The notes: generated by a model from the sequence alone, not told the origin. DNA of 64,000 nt from an uncultured Methanosarcinales archaeon (GCA_964397315.1 CAYNHV010000005.1:1-64000); one strand, 5' to 3'. Shown: positions 50,601 to 61,000, counted from the stretch's first letter. Program-made: numbers and translations.

Positions 50601-52974
50601 TCTGGGATGTGGGGTTTCCCTCAAGAGCCTCTATGTAATCAAGGGAGTTGGCCCTGCTGCTGTCGCACACAACAGAATCCCCCTTGTCTCCTCCTGGGTA
50701 GCCGGTGTCCCTTATGTACTTGTTTATCATCGGCACGCTGGGGCAGAACACCCTGTCGCAGATCCAGTGCATGGCAAGCTTTGTCTGCTCAAGCTTTTTC
50801 TTTGCTGAACTGCACCTGCTGCTTGAGCTGTCCCTTCCGCAGAATATCTTCTCCTGCACCATCATCACGAAATACACAACCCAGGAGAGCAGGCAGGTTA
50901 TGAATATAGTGAGTGTTATCTCCTGCAGGGGCTCAAGTATATCATCTATTGTGTCAATGGTCTTCTGCAGGAATTCTATGGAGTCCTTAAGCAGCCAGTC
51001 AGGGATAACCTTGTCAGGGGGCACCTGTATGTCAACTATTGTCCTGGCATCAACGCACTGCCTCTGTATTCTCCTGACAGTCTCTCCCTGATTATCCTGG
51101 TATGAGTATTCAATCTCAATCTCTATAGGGACCATGAGCTCAACCTCGTCCCTGTCAATGCCCTCTCTAAGATCCTCCCACTCAGCCTGGGTGTAGTCAA
51201 TCTGGTTAAGGGGAATTGTGGAATAGAATGTCCTTCTTGACGCCTGGTCAAGGAATCCTGTTGGAGTGCCTGAAAGCTCGTCAGGGTCAATGACAAAGTC
51301 CTTTCTTACCTCCTCATTGAGAGAGTATTTCCTTACAGCAAAGTTCTCAACCCTGGGCCTGCTCCCCTCCCCTGTAATGCCTCCCTCATCCTCGCCAGGC
51401 CCCTGCCACTCAAGGGTTCCCCAGAAGTTCAGCTCTGCAATGCCCTGCCTGAGGTGCTCTGGAGTCACGACAGATGGTGTCATCTCCCTGATGTTGATGT
51501 TCCAGTCACCCCCAACCCCGCATTTGGCAAAGCTCACAACATCCTCAACCTCGTCAGACCTTCCAAAGTCATCAACAGCAACAATTCTTATCACATTGTC
51601 CCACACGCTTGGGATGCCGTAGGCCTCTCCTGTGGTGTCGCCTCCTGTCACAGTCTGCTGGTCAGGCTGCTCTGTTGGCTGCTGGCCTCCTGTGCCCTGC
51701 TCCTGAGTGAGTCCTGTCTCTGTAAGGTCAGAGACTATGTCCTGGGTCAGGAAAACATCAAGCTTAAACCTTCCGTTCTCGTCTGTTGTGGTGACGTAAT
51801 CCTCCTCATACTGGCCTGTGGCAAGGCCTCCGTAATGCACCACCATGTCCCTCAGGCTTGTGCTCCACGCATCTGACGATCTTGTCAGGTTGTTGACAAA
51901 CACTATGACCTTCACGTTGGGCTTTGACGCATTGCCTCTTACCTCTATATTCTGCACATATGAGGGGTCAAGCTGGGGAAGGTTGTGGTCAACTATCTGG
52001 GGACCCTGCTCGTCCACTGTTATGGTGTTGCTGAAAGAGACTGTGTTGCCCCCCCTGTCCCTGAATGAGAGCAGCACATTGTTGCTCCTGCCTGAGTCAA
52101 GGCTTAGGGAGAGTTCAAACTCATTGTCTGCTGACTCTGTTCTTGTATCATTGTTGACTCTTATTGTTATGTTGACAGGCTCTGTGGTTGTTCCCTTGAC
52201 ATTAAGGGATGAGGATGGTGCTGTTGAGGGAAGGCCGCTGAGTGAGAACTGGATTTCAGAGTCAGGGCTTGTGACCTCAAGTGTTATGTTTGGGGGTGTT
52301 GTGTCAATCCTTACTGTATGGCTTTCCTGGTTGGTGTTGCCTGCAGAGTCTCTCACCCACACAACAATCTCATTGCTGTCCTGAGGGAGGTTCACTCTTG
52401 GAAAGACGAATATGCCTGTGGCGTCAGAAGACGCTATGTAATCATAGTTTGACGTGCCCACTGCAGAGTCCGGCCTGTTCACATACACCCTCACTATTGA
52501 GTCAGGGTCTGTCACCCCAGTAAACCCTATCCACGGCGCATTATGGTAAGCAGGGAGTGAGGCATTGATTCTTGGAGGGGTGGTGTCAGCCGGTGTTGTG
52601 AAAGAGTAGTAGTTGCCGCTGTTGTCGTCAGTGATTGTCTCGCCTGTCTGGTTCGTGGATATGAGGCTGTAATAGTATGTTGTTCCGGGGAGGAGTCCTT
52701 CCAGCCTTACACTGTGGCTGCTCCCTATTGTGCTGTTCTCCTCTGAGCTGCCGAGGCTTGCTGTCTCGCCATACTCCACCTCTGCGTCAGCATTGTCATC
52801 TGTTGTCCATCTTATCTCCGCGCTTCTCTCTCCGGCAGTAACCTCTGTGTTGGGGTTGTGGCTTATGGAGAACGCGCTGACAAGAGAGAAGTTCATGATT
52901 AGGTAGATGCAGAATACAGCTATTATGTGAAGCCAGCCCTTTTTCATGCTCTGTTCCCTCTCCTTTTCTTGCAT
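47656..52974 (-). CDS. Giant secreted protein with FN3/Ig-like repeats and Cys-rich domains
   Basis: Signal peptide (start 52974 or 52947); W.T...A...V.YG...L.GL.PGTTYYY FN3; DTTPP Ig repeats; internal hydrophobic helix; many Cys. Confidence 0.88.
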   Translation of the reverse strand: MQEKEREQSMKKGWLHIIAVFCIYLIMNFSLVSAFSISHNPNTEVTAGERSAEIRWTTDDNADAEVEYGETASLGSSEENSTIGSSHSVRLEGLLPGTTYYYSLISTNQTGETITDDNSGNYYSFTTPADTTPPRINASLPAYHNAPWIGFTGVTDPDSIVRVYVNRPDSAVGTSNYDYIASSDATGIFVFPRVNLPQDSNEIVVWVRDSAGNTNQESHTVRIDTTPPNITLEVTSPDSEIQFSLSGLPSTAPSSSLNVKGTTTEPVNITIRVNNDTRTESADNEFELSLSLDSGRSNNVLLSFRDRGGNTVSFSNTITVDEQGPQIVDHNLPQLDPSYVQNIEVRGNASKPNVKVIVFVNNLTRSSDAWSTSLRDMVVHYGGLATGQYEEDYVTTTDENGRFKLDVFLTQDIVSDLTETGLTQEQGTGGQQPTEQPDQQTVTGGDTTGEAYGIPSVWDNVIRIVAVDDFGRSDEVEDVVSFAKCGVGGDWNINIREMTPSVVTPEHLRQGIAELNFWGTLEWQGPGEDEGGITGEGSRPRVENFAVRKYSLNEEVRKDFVIDPDELSGTPTGFLDQASRRTFYSTIPLNQIDYTQAEWEDLREGIDRDEVELMVPIEIEIEYSYQDNQGETVRRIQRQCVDARTIVDIQVPPDKVIPDWLLKDSIEFLQKTIDTIDDILEPLQEITLTIFITCLLSWVVYFVMMVQEKIFCGRDSSSSRCSSAKKKLEQTKLAMHWICDRVFCPSVPMINKYIRDTGYPGGDKGDSVVCDSSRANSLDYIEALEGNPTSQNFQQAVTTAINCEEGEGSSEQCCGQQYMNDWDSACVGIRNELTESKCLLAMESGHEGLSSLPSCENDVKNFMRSMSMSNLCSKAGGEDSNVNIVQYDRTAVCKDNSGNWYYCKVEEAGTETEAGIDRQHERSRPNPDCPGYLGTVNNRNVYVVSGGNRRAYTQEVMAIVEPGDRPLMLYKRSDSQCFSGGGDIGRKTISSCAIDQSSGIIYQLGSEVGAEGRVRGTPVYASCAGRGNQTPSSMQDDYHESQREYVVNPTKGLVNSVKCACLPAINGHLQLWRNILVQVKQCFETILLTGDGSPGVCRAVLAQYVCDLIYKAIRCFVQAYGVGESRDTDYSGPGGFAKAIAESGRGIQEDITGRYGDTGLYNTMFNERQLMTSVCLFAFTGDFDFDIGGMLSGVGTIPLETQAFVYPHTRRFMGSNPLKKGYATWTYHIGVGMSAGTDLNYHLYLVCSDTHDCNPSEGFMGGRCDCAGKGEQVHDITNQLGAGYLSAGEMIGPNDGDVYVKVREHPYRYDTVRLVWDPTEDVEGAEGGKIEEKTTIIGGRPPAECSFDLAAGEFRCGFTVGDIGHAGFIGAPELLKTTPYAVGDRIMADAKVEKRSPGFDSNSPEADTDKQIPFFLVYAIKDGSTILHEGYKRIVRDGTMTHTIPSGGFEVTEDAIMGAAVRGTYTVSDVSVQNLNKIRGSVVDLDSPTAVSDFYVRFKRGAVTLETNDEGKDIYEAHKDLVEVCDGNIEQTDKGRAFRNPDCHGLGDDDSAETKGTTGSKLIVEYKGVKMGNIDSETVKENENSGFVIDYAPPETELTELCEDKWDLSNPKEWTFAMGLYRCSRIDDSEPYSHSNCAREPSNQLVEYYGEGQYHELPVKVVCSETDKNPVCQYDVLVDKECVCVGSGSGEGETAEPGQFCHLDRTNNEVSVHDYKPCPLEQKVDENTDNNNRVRIGERYWCGCDDMGNVEDCTEKVCKRSDQGEFMCMQAS

Positions 52975-53088
52975 TCCTCCTTCATCATTCCTGGCTTAAG
53001 CCTTTATTTATCCCTTATTTATCCATTATTTATAATTTTAACGTGGATTTTATAATTTTAACGCGGCTTTGGCAGGATTGGCCTGTGT

Positions 53089-55053
53089 TCAGCTGAATGA
53101 TGGCATGAGCCTAGTGTTGTAAGCTCCCTCCTCAAGCATTGTTATCATCCCAGCCATCTCTTTTGTGCTGCGGGGGTGGGGTATCTTCTCCAAGGCGGTG
53201 AAGGTTATGCTGCTCTTGCCCTTGAGCTGGCTGTCATCAACTGTCCAGTTGCCCCTGAAACCGCCTATTATCTTTCCTTTCCTGCTCAGGAGGGTTATGT
53301 CCAGCCTGTACTTTATGTCATCATCAGGCAGCTTTATGCTCCTGAACTTCTCAGGATCATCGCTCTCAGGAGGGTATCTCCTGAATATGCTGAAGTCCTC
53401 AAGCTGGTCTGTCTGCAGGTGGATGATGGCTGTCTCGTTGGGCTCAAGCTGCTGGGGCTGCTGGAGGTCAGGGCCTGTAAGCCTTCTCTTGACAACCTCA
53501 AAGTTCATCTCCTTCAGGGGTGTCATCAGTATGTCAGTGTAAGTGGCTTCAGGGCTTACTGTCTTTGTTGTCTTTGCATAATTCCTGTGGTCTGCCTCAA
53601 GCCTGGCAGGAGAGCAGAAGCTCGGCAGCCTGGTGCTGAGCCTGTTGACTCCGAGCTCAAATCCTGTCTTCCCAAGCCCGCAGTAGTACACGTTCATGCA
53701 GTTGAATGTGATGTTGACGCCGGGTATGTCCTCCATTGTCTTCTTGTCCTTTGCGTAGACTGCAATCTCCCTGTCCAGCCTCTCATCGCAGAACTCACCG
53801 CCTATGCCCTCTGGATACTCATAGAGCTCTATGGGAAAGTCGCTCCTGTCCGGCTTGTTGTGGTTTATCAGCACAGGCGTGGCGTAGCGGAATGTGTAGC
53901 CCTCTCCGCCGAAGGCAGAGGGGTCTGTGACTCTTATCTCAACAGGGTATATGACATCATAGGTGAAGTGGTAGGCGTTGATGCACAAAAAGCTGAGGTA
54001 ATACTGGGGGCTTCCCTTGCCCCAGCTTGACTCCAGCACATCTCCCCTGCCGGGCCTGGCGTGAATCTCAAAGCTCCAGCCCTTCTGGTAATTGACATTG
54101 GCCCTTAAGTCCTTGTAATCTCTGGTTGCGGCATCCCAGAAGAAGTGGAAGTACTCATACGCATCCTCTGGAGTGTCCTCAGGTGTTATTCCCTTTCCTA
54201 TGTCCTGCGGGGTGTACGCCCTCAAAAGCTCGTACTTGGAAGAGTGCTCCTGGAACGGAACATGGTCAGTGCCCTTGATGCGAATCTTGGGAATGTTGTA
54301 ATAGAGCAAATTCTTGATGTCCTCCTCAATGTCAGGAAGATACCACTGCTTCTGGCCGCACTCAAAGAGTATGTCGGTGAAGGGTATATCCTTGCCTGCT
54401 GTCATAAGGTCTATGGTCATTTTCTCAAGAAATGCCTGGTTGTTCTCTGAGACCATTATCTCCTTTGCAAGATTGTAAACCCTTTTCATGCTGATGCTGA
54501 GCTCTGACGTGAACCTGCTCATGGTGCTGGCTCCCTCACTCCCCCTTAGCCTTACTCTCAGAGGAAATTCCATGTCAGCGACCACCTTGTTGTCGCTTAT
54601 TGAAGAGTCAACAGTGATGTTTCCTGTCCTGGTTATGTTGAAGCTGTCTGACAATGCTGAGAAATCAGCTATACACCCCATGATGTTCTCCTCAACATAC
54701 TGGTCTATCTCCTGCTCCATGCCTGGAATTGTCGGAACCCTGGACCTGCCCCTGTAGAACCAGTAGGGAACCTTTGCCCCTCCCATGCTTATGTAGCTTG
54801 TGGGGTCATGCCTTATCCTGTCAGGCAGGTAGATGTAGCCGCCCTGCATGCCGAGTATGGCAACACCATCCTTTACAGTGGAGTGGAGGCAGTCCTCAAT
54901 GTACAGCTTGACAGGCATAAGCTCCTCAGGGACAACCTCCTCAGGCTCCTCAATGGCAATCTCATGCCTGAAGTAGAGAATCACCCCTAGGAAAGCGAGA
55001 ATAAAGATACCTATGATTATGAATACAGTAATCTGGCCTCTTTTTTTGAGCAT
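53089..55053 (-). CDS. Large protein with class III (type IV pilin-like) signal peptide
   Basis: MLKKRG/QITVFIIIG; V..YIE.CL; G.QGGY; PYW; paralog of 61398-63596. Confidence 0.85.
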   Translation of the reverse strand: MLKKRGQITVFIIIGIFILAFLGVILYFRHEIAIEEPEEVVPEELMPVKLYIEDCLHSTVKDGVAILGMQGGYIYLPDRIRHDPTSYISMGGAKVPYWFYRGRSRVPTIPGMEQEIDQYVEENIMGCIADFSALSDSFNITRTGNITVDSSISDNKVVADMEFPLRVRLRGSEGASTMSRFTSELSISMKRVYNLAKEIMVSENNQAFLEKMTIDLMTAGKDIPFTDILFECGQKQWYLPDIEEDIKNLLYYNIPKIRIKGTDHVPFQEHSSKYELLRAYTPQDIGKGITPEDTPEDAYEYFHFFWDAATRDYKDLRANVNYQKGWSFEIHARPGRGDVLESSWGKGSPQYYLSFLCINAYHFTYDVIYPVEIRVTDPSAFGGEGYTFRYATPVLINHNKPDRSDFPIELYEYPEGIGGEFCDERLDREIAVYAKDKKTMEDIPGVNITFNCMNVYYCGLGKTGFELGVNRLSTRLPSFCSPARLEADHRNYAKTTKTVSPEATYTDILMTPLKEMNFEVVKRRLTGPDLQQPQQLEPNETAIIHLQTDQLEDFSIFRRYPPESDDPEKFRSIKLPDDDIKYRLDITLLSRKGKIIGGFRGNWTVDDSQLKGKSSITFTALEKIPHPRSTKEMAGMITMLEEGAYNTRLMPSFS

Positions 55054-55139
55054 CTCAGCATGAATTTGGAGATTACATTTATAAATGTTTTTGTTGGTAA
55101 ACAGAGGGTAAACAGGGGGATGCAGAGGTTAACAAATCC

Positions 55140-55575
55140 TGATGATTCCTGGAGATGATATGGGCTTATGATTGTTATTCATGGTGATTCCTGCCATTTG
55201 GGAGGTTATGTTCTTATGCTTATAACTCATGGTACTTCCTTTTGGAGAAATGTGTTCCTGCTGATTTTTCCTGATACTCCCTTTTGGGAAAGTGTGTTTT
55301 TGCTGATTCTTCATAGTGCCTCCCGCCCTCTAGGATATGATATTTTTATGATTATAATTCCTGGTACTTCCCACCCTTACTGCACAACCACCTCACAAGT
55401 TCGCACCTTCTGAGTCCACACAACTCCCCGCTTCTGCCTCCAATAAGCCCTCCCAATGATATGCTTAAAGCGCTCTCGGGCTGGTGTTTGTGTGATTAGC
55501 ATGTGTGAGGGGATGGGGGGCGGGAAAAATCAGGGTGTAAAGCAAACAGGGAGGAGGAGAAATCAGGAAGATTCA
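55140..55575 (-). repeat. Repeat family C copy 5 (core plus ~5-6 array units)
   Basis: Core 55371-55575 similar to 15432-15636; 42-47-nt units to the left. Confidence 0.9.
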
Positions 55576-55618
55576 TTGTTACTTCCTAATGAAATCCCGA
55601 AGGTTTACTATTTTTATA

Positions 55619-55781
55619 TGTCAGAAATATACCACTGATTTATTTAACCAGTGGACAAAGTCCACAAAGGCATATCCGCAGAGGGTATATTTCTGAGCAT
55701 GCTCAAAAACCACAGGTCAATAAAGAATGAGAATGAAGCTTTCGCTTCATGCCACCGGTCTCTGACCGGTGGTTTTTGACA
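55619..55781. other. Multi-hairpin structured element
   Basis: Stem 55621-33/55684-96 enclosing gtggac-aaa-gtccac; stem 55703-12/55770-79 enclosing two perfect hairpins. Confidence 0.6.
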
Positions 55782-55873
55782 AAACAATCAGGGCTGTGGA
55801 AAACTCTGGAAAACTTACAATCTCCGCAAGTTTCATATAAACTCAGCGCGGAGATGTCCTGCCCAGCACCTTC

Positions 55874-56737
55874 TCATGCCTTGACGTGCTTTTTGAAGAC
55901 AGAGGCTGCGTAGAGCTTCGCCCAGGTGAGGAGGGCTATGAGCAGCACTGAGTTCAGCACGCTGCTGATGATTGTGGGCAGGAGAAAGGACAGCAGCGAG
56001 ACCGCCCAGGCAACCATGAAAACTGCCGCAACAAGCAGGAGGGGGAGCCATAAGACATTAAGCTTCTTCACCCCCTCAACAAAGGCATTCTTTATTGATG
56101 AAAAGACCCTCTCTTTTTTCATGAAAGAGTAATATATCAGGTAGGTGAAGTAGAACAGGGCGATGACATACAATAATATCATTATAACAGAGTATGCCAT
56201 GACCAGCTGCGGAATTTTAAGCACGCCTGAGGACACAAAGATAAGGGCTCCTACTGCTATCACTGGAATTGCCCACACAATGTTAAGGAGGAAGAACCTC
56301 AGGAAATCCTTTACAGCCATGCCTTTCTCAACAAGCGTAGTCCATATCATGTATTTTGAGAGCGCAAAGCCGGCAATAAGAAGTATCACATAGATTACAG
56401 CTGCTGCAATCACCAGGTTGATTGCCCTTGAGATTCCGGCATTCATTGCAGATGCCTGCGCAACCGCGCCTGTGGTCAGAGCAGAGGGGTCCATGTACCT
56501 GAGAGGGTCAATTATCTTCTCCAGTGTAAAGCTCATTATAAAGGAGAGCGCAATAGCCAGGATGTAGAACATGATGTCAAAGGAAGCCACAAGCAGTGCC
56601 TTGAGGCTCTTCAACCGGCTGAAGCTATGCAGGAACCTGCTGAACTCTGCTGACGCGTAGGATTTCTTCTTTCCTGCGCTGCTTCTCTTGCTGCTGCTCT
56701 TGCTCTTCTTTGCTGTCTTGCGCTTTTTTGCCGCCAT
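55874..56737 (-). CDS. Polytopic membrane protein with basic N-terminus (paralog of 46783-47628)
   Basis: About 6 TM; GGAGGT SD. Confidence 0.82.
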   Translation of the reverse strand: MAAKKRKTAKKSKSSSKRSSAGKKKSYASAEFSRFLHSFSRLKSLKALLVASFDIMFYILAIALSFIMSFTLEKIIDPLRYMDPSALTTGAVAQASAMNAGISRAINLVIAAAVIYVILLIAGFALSKYMIWTTLVEKGMAVKDFLRFFLLNIVWAIPVIAVGALIFVSSGVLKIPQLVMAYSVIMILLYVIALFYFTYLIYYSFMKKERVFSSIKNAFVEGVKKLNVLWLPLLLVAAVFMVAWAVSLLSFLLPTIISSVLNSVLLIALLTWAKLYAASVFKKHVKA

Positions 56738-56775
56738 TTAAGATACCTCCTTCTGTTCATCAGACATCCGATTTA

Positions 56776-58050
56776 TCATGCCATGCCTGCATTGCCGCCC
56801 TCAGGCATGTCATCCCCAGCAGGGGGCTGGGGCCTGTTCTCTGGCTCAGGCTCACTATCGTCATCTCCGCCTCCAAGGCCAAGGTTCAGGTCAAAGCCTA
56901 AATCAAGGCCGCCGAATCCGCCAGAGCCGGGGCAGTATGAGCATGAGCCCATGTCAGGCGGAGCCCCTGCAACCTTAACAGACCTGCACGACCTGTCTCC
57001 ACCAAGCACCAGCTCAGCCTCATTGTTGAAATTAGTCCCGTGGAACTCAAGGCAGACCCTGCTCAGGGGCTCGTTCATTGGTATGACAAGGGCTGAGCTT
57101 CCTGTAAGAGTGTAGGGGGCTGTGTCACATGCTATGTCCACCAGGTCTGGCTCGCCATCCAAGTTTATATCAGCCCTTTTCTTAGCCCCGGAATGCCTAA
57201 GGATGCCCACGATGTAAAATTTTATATGGTCATTGCAGTCGCTTTCTCCTGAATGCTCTGTAAGGCCTGAAGAGCTTACAAACACCTCAATCCTGTGCCA
57301 GTACTCCTCAACCATCTGGCTTGGATTATCCTCTGATGGGTGCACTATTCTCTGCACTTCCCCAGTTATCCACGCTGAGGGAGCCATCTGGCCCGGAAGA
57401 ACCACCACACCCTCCTCAGCTGCCATGCTATCATAATCGGTGGAGTACCTGCATATGCTCTGCTCCCAGTTCCCTGACACGACCTGCCCGAACTCTGTGG
57501 ATATGAAATCGCTCACCCCAAGGAAGTCTCCCATAACGCTGTCATCACTCCACCATTCATTCTCAATTCCAAGCTGTACAAATCCCCCTGCTATTATCAT
57601 GGCATCCCTGAATGACATATCAACAGGCTGAGTGAATCGCTGAAGGAAACCGCGGTTCTGGTTCAGCGCATACTCCACTTCATCATTATATAGGCCAGCG
57701 TCTTCTATATCGTCTGTTGTCATGGGTTCACGTCCATCTTCATCACAACCATGACCACTACATCTATACATGTTATCATCATCATCAACATAATAGAAAT
57801 TATAATCGGCGGGATCATTACTACCCTCTGGTCCGATTTCAATCATTTGTCCTCCTTCATCATCAGGCGTGGTAATAACATTTAATGTTTCCCCCTCAGT
57901 TTCTCCCTCCTGTGGCTTACCCTTCATCTGTTCCATTCCAGGTTCAACTCCATCATCCCCAACAGCAGCATATGCCATGCTCAAGAGCATCACCACTACT
58001 GCAATCAACGCAAGGCTTCTCTTAATGGTTTTGCTGTTTCCTTTTCTCAT
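56776..58050 (-). CDS. Secreted acidic protein
   Basis: Signal peptide, acidic Cys-containing body, G/P-rich tail. Confidence 0.8.
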   Translation of the reverse strand: MRKGNSKTIKRSLALIAVVVMLLSMAYAAVGDDGVEPGMEQMKGKPQEGETEGETLNVITTPDDEGGQMIEIGPEGSNDPADYNFYYVDDDDNMYRCSGHGCDEDGREPMTTDDIEDAGLYNDEVEYALNQNRGFLQRFTQPVDMSFRDAMIIAGGFVQLGIENEWWSDDSVMGDFLGVSDFISTEFGQVVSGNWEQSICRYSTDYDSMAAEEGVVVLPGQMAPSAWITGEVQRIVHPSEDNPSQMVEEYWHRIEVFVSSSGLTEHSGESDCNDHIKFYIVGILRHSGAKKRADINLDGEPDLVDIACDTAPYTLTGSSALVIPMNEPLSRVCLEFHGTNFNNEAELVLGGDRSCRSVKVAGAPPDMGSCSYCPGSGGFGGLDLGFDLNLGLGGGDDDSEPEPENRPQPPAGDDMPEGGNAGMA

Positions 58051-58062
58051 TTTGCTGCCTTT

Positions 58063-61000
58063 CTACTCGTCACACTCAGGAGTCTCCATGTCCAGCGCCT
58101 GCGTGCACACTCCGCTCTGCAAGTCAAGAAGATCCTCATTCTCGCTTATCTGCTCAAAAGTGGCCACAAGCGACATCACCTTGGGTGCAATCTTCAGGAC
58201 TCTACATGTAGCATCTATATAAGGATGCGTCACTGCGCAGAACCACACCAGCCCCATAGCCAGAAGAAAAGCCATGGGATTCATCAGGATCTGAATGATT
58301 GCCTGTAATGCCTGCCTCACAAGATTTGCAAAAGGAATGAGCTGGAATATCTCTCCCCAGATGAATATGCACCACTGGTAATCCCTGAGAGTGGTGCACA
58401 TTGAAGGGGGAACTCCTGCAGGAACATACGCTTTCAGGCAGAGCAGGTACTGGCACTCTATCTCCATCATCTTGTTCATGTTTATTATTATGCCAGGAAT
58501 GCATACATACAGGATGCTTAATACTATGCTGTCCCTGGGATTGCCCCATAAGGGGCCTGTTGCGCTGTCCATGCTTGTTTCTGAAAGGCCTGCTGCCTCA
58601 CCCAGGCCGGGGTGGCTTGCACTAAACTCCCCCAGTCCTGCTTCTGTGCTGCTGAACACACCGTCACTGAGCCTGTCGAATGTATTGCCCACGCCCACTC
58701 CGCACCATGCGTCCACTGCTGCATTACCATCACCACCACTATCACCATCACCACCATCGCATAACACGGTCTTGCACGCTATGAAGTCGCAGAATGTGTT
58801 GAATGCTGTGAATGTTGAAGTGTCAGTAGCTTCTCCTGATGCTGCAAGAATGCTGAAGAACCAGGCTATCGGAGCCAGAAGGGTGCCTGCAAGCCATGAT
58901 GTTGCTGCATTAAGCCCTGTGAGGAGCGTGTAAATCTCAAACATTGTCTTCACTGTCTGGCAAAGCAGCTGCGAAAGCTCCACCAGGTTGTTCAGCACAG
59001 TCCACCACTCACTCATCTCAACAAGCCAGCCTTCCTCCACATCCTCAATCTTCTCGCAAATGATGCTGTGCACCTCGTCATAGGCAAGAGTGCCTATGCT
59101 CATGGTGATGTTCTCCCTTTCAGGGTTTGACAGCATGCCATTGTACAGTGTTGTCAAAGTGAGAGAGCAGTTGAAATTAAGGGGGTCAACATCAATGGCT
59201 CCTGTGTAAAGCCCTACCTTGATCCACCTTTCTGTGGAGTTGGGCATGAAGTTCAGCATGTACGTGTTGCTGATGTCAGCATAATCATCAAAGTGCCAGC
59301 CGCAGGTTCTTGGGTCAAAGGACGCCCTGGCAAGCTCAACTCCGGGAACTTTAGGGGCAAGCTCTATCTTGAACCAGATGTCATGGCCCACAATCATTGT
59401 TGTTGAGGAGTCCACAAAGCTTGGCTGGGAGCCTACAACCGCAGCATCCCAGTAGTCAGGGGTCTGGTTTCCCCCTCCGGGGTAGATGCGCACTCCAGTG
59501 AGGGGAAGCATGAACCACTCGCCAGAGCCCACATTGTATGTCTCTATGAAGAACTCGTCAACCTTCCTTGTGGGGGCTTTGGTGTTTCCCATTATGTCAG
59601 AGATGTTAAGCCACACCTTGAAGTCGCCCTCCTGGACGTTCATGAGCTCCCATGTGCAGTTCCACAGCCTGTTGCCTGCGCCGCTTCTCGCGCCTGAATG
59701 CCAGCAGTCAGTTGCAGGAAGCCACATTCCGCTTGAGGTCCTGAATTTCGCAAAGACATTAAAGTCTCCGTCATCGTTCTTCAGCGCAGTGTTATCCTCT
59801 ATCATCGCCCTCATAAGCATGTCATCCCCGCCCACAAAGAACGGCGCACCTTCCCTTGCTATGTTTCTTATGCTGACATTAAGAAGAGAGGGCTTTGAGT
59901 CATCATAAATCAGGGTTTCTGAGTAGGGGCTGAGCCGGTTTCCTGAATCATCAGAGCCTGTTATGGACACGCCAGCGTCTCCTGCAAGGCTCACATTGAA
60001 CACTGTGCAGCGCCACTCCTCGCCCCCCATGCTGGTGCAGTTTGCGCTGTTGTTATAATCATTCTGCGCCCCTGACACTGATATTATAATGTTGCTTCCT
60101 GCAAGGCCGGCACCTGTGTCGTTTATCACTGCGGTGATATTGTTGAAGCCCGGAGCCACGTATCCTGTGTTGTTGTAGCTGTAATCAGTGAGCACGGCCT
60201 CAACCTCAGGAGCTGCTGAATCCTCTCCAAGGGATATCTGCTTTGTTGTTGACACCTTGTTTCCGCCGTCATCAGTGACAGTCACTTTTACAGAGCCTTC
60301 AACCTCTGACCTCATAACCGGAAGGTCTTTCACGCACTTGTATTCTGTTGTTGTCCTGCTTGTGCAGTCAAGCAGGGAGTCCTGGGAAAGCCCGAACATG
60401 GAGAGGTCTGCAACCGCGCTCTTTATGCCGAAGTACTCTGACGCTGTGGCCTCAACAACAAACTTTGCCCTTGTGCCTGCAGGGCTTATGTAGCTTATGG
60501 GCGCTGTTCCGCTCTCGTCATAAACGCCTGCAGCATCAATAACAGGCTGGGTGTCATCCTTTCTTATCTCAACACACTTTGAGCCTGCACTTTCCTGGTC
60601 CAGCAGGTCATACGCCTTGAGGCATATTGTATGCACGCCGTTGCTCAGGGATGAGAGTGAGAAATCATCTATTGTCCCGCTTTTTGAGCAGTCCTCTGAG
60701 TTTATGTCATCTGAGTGGAGGGATGTGCCGTCAAGCTTTGTTATCTCAATCCTGCTTATTCCTGAGCAGTAGTCTGAGGCTGTTGCGCCGAGCCTGTCCT
60801 TCACGCTGTATGAGGCAGATAGGCCTGTGCCTGTAGTGTTTCTGGGGCTTATGTCAAAGCTCTCAAGCAGGGGCCCGAATCCGTCAACAAGAATGTAAGA
60901 GCTTGCCCTGCAGTTCTGGTCGCTGCAGGATGAGCAGTCATTGGAGCAGCAGTTTCCTCCTCCTCCGAGGCAGACATCAAGATTGCGCTTTCCAGGAAAT

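Noticed and set aside
15523..55638. ORFs inside family C repeats (15523, 41243, 41697, 43292, 55129, 55456)
   Set aside because: Frames and lengths are not conserved between copies and indels are not multiples of three; treated as non-coding
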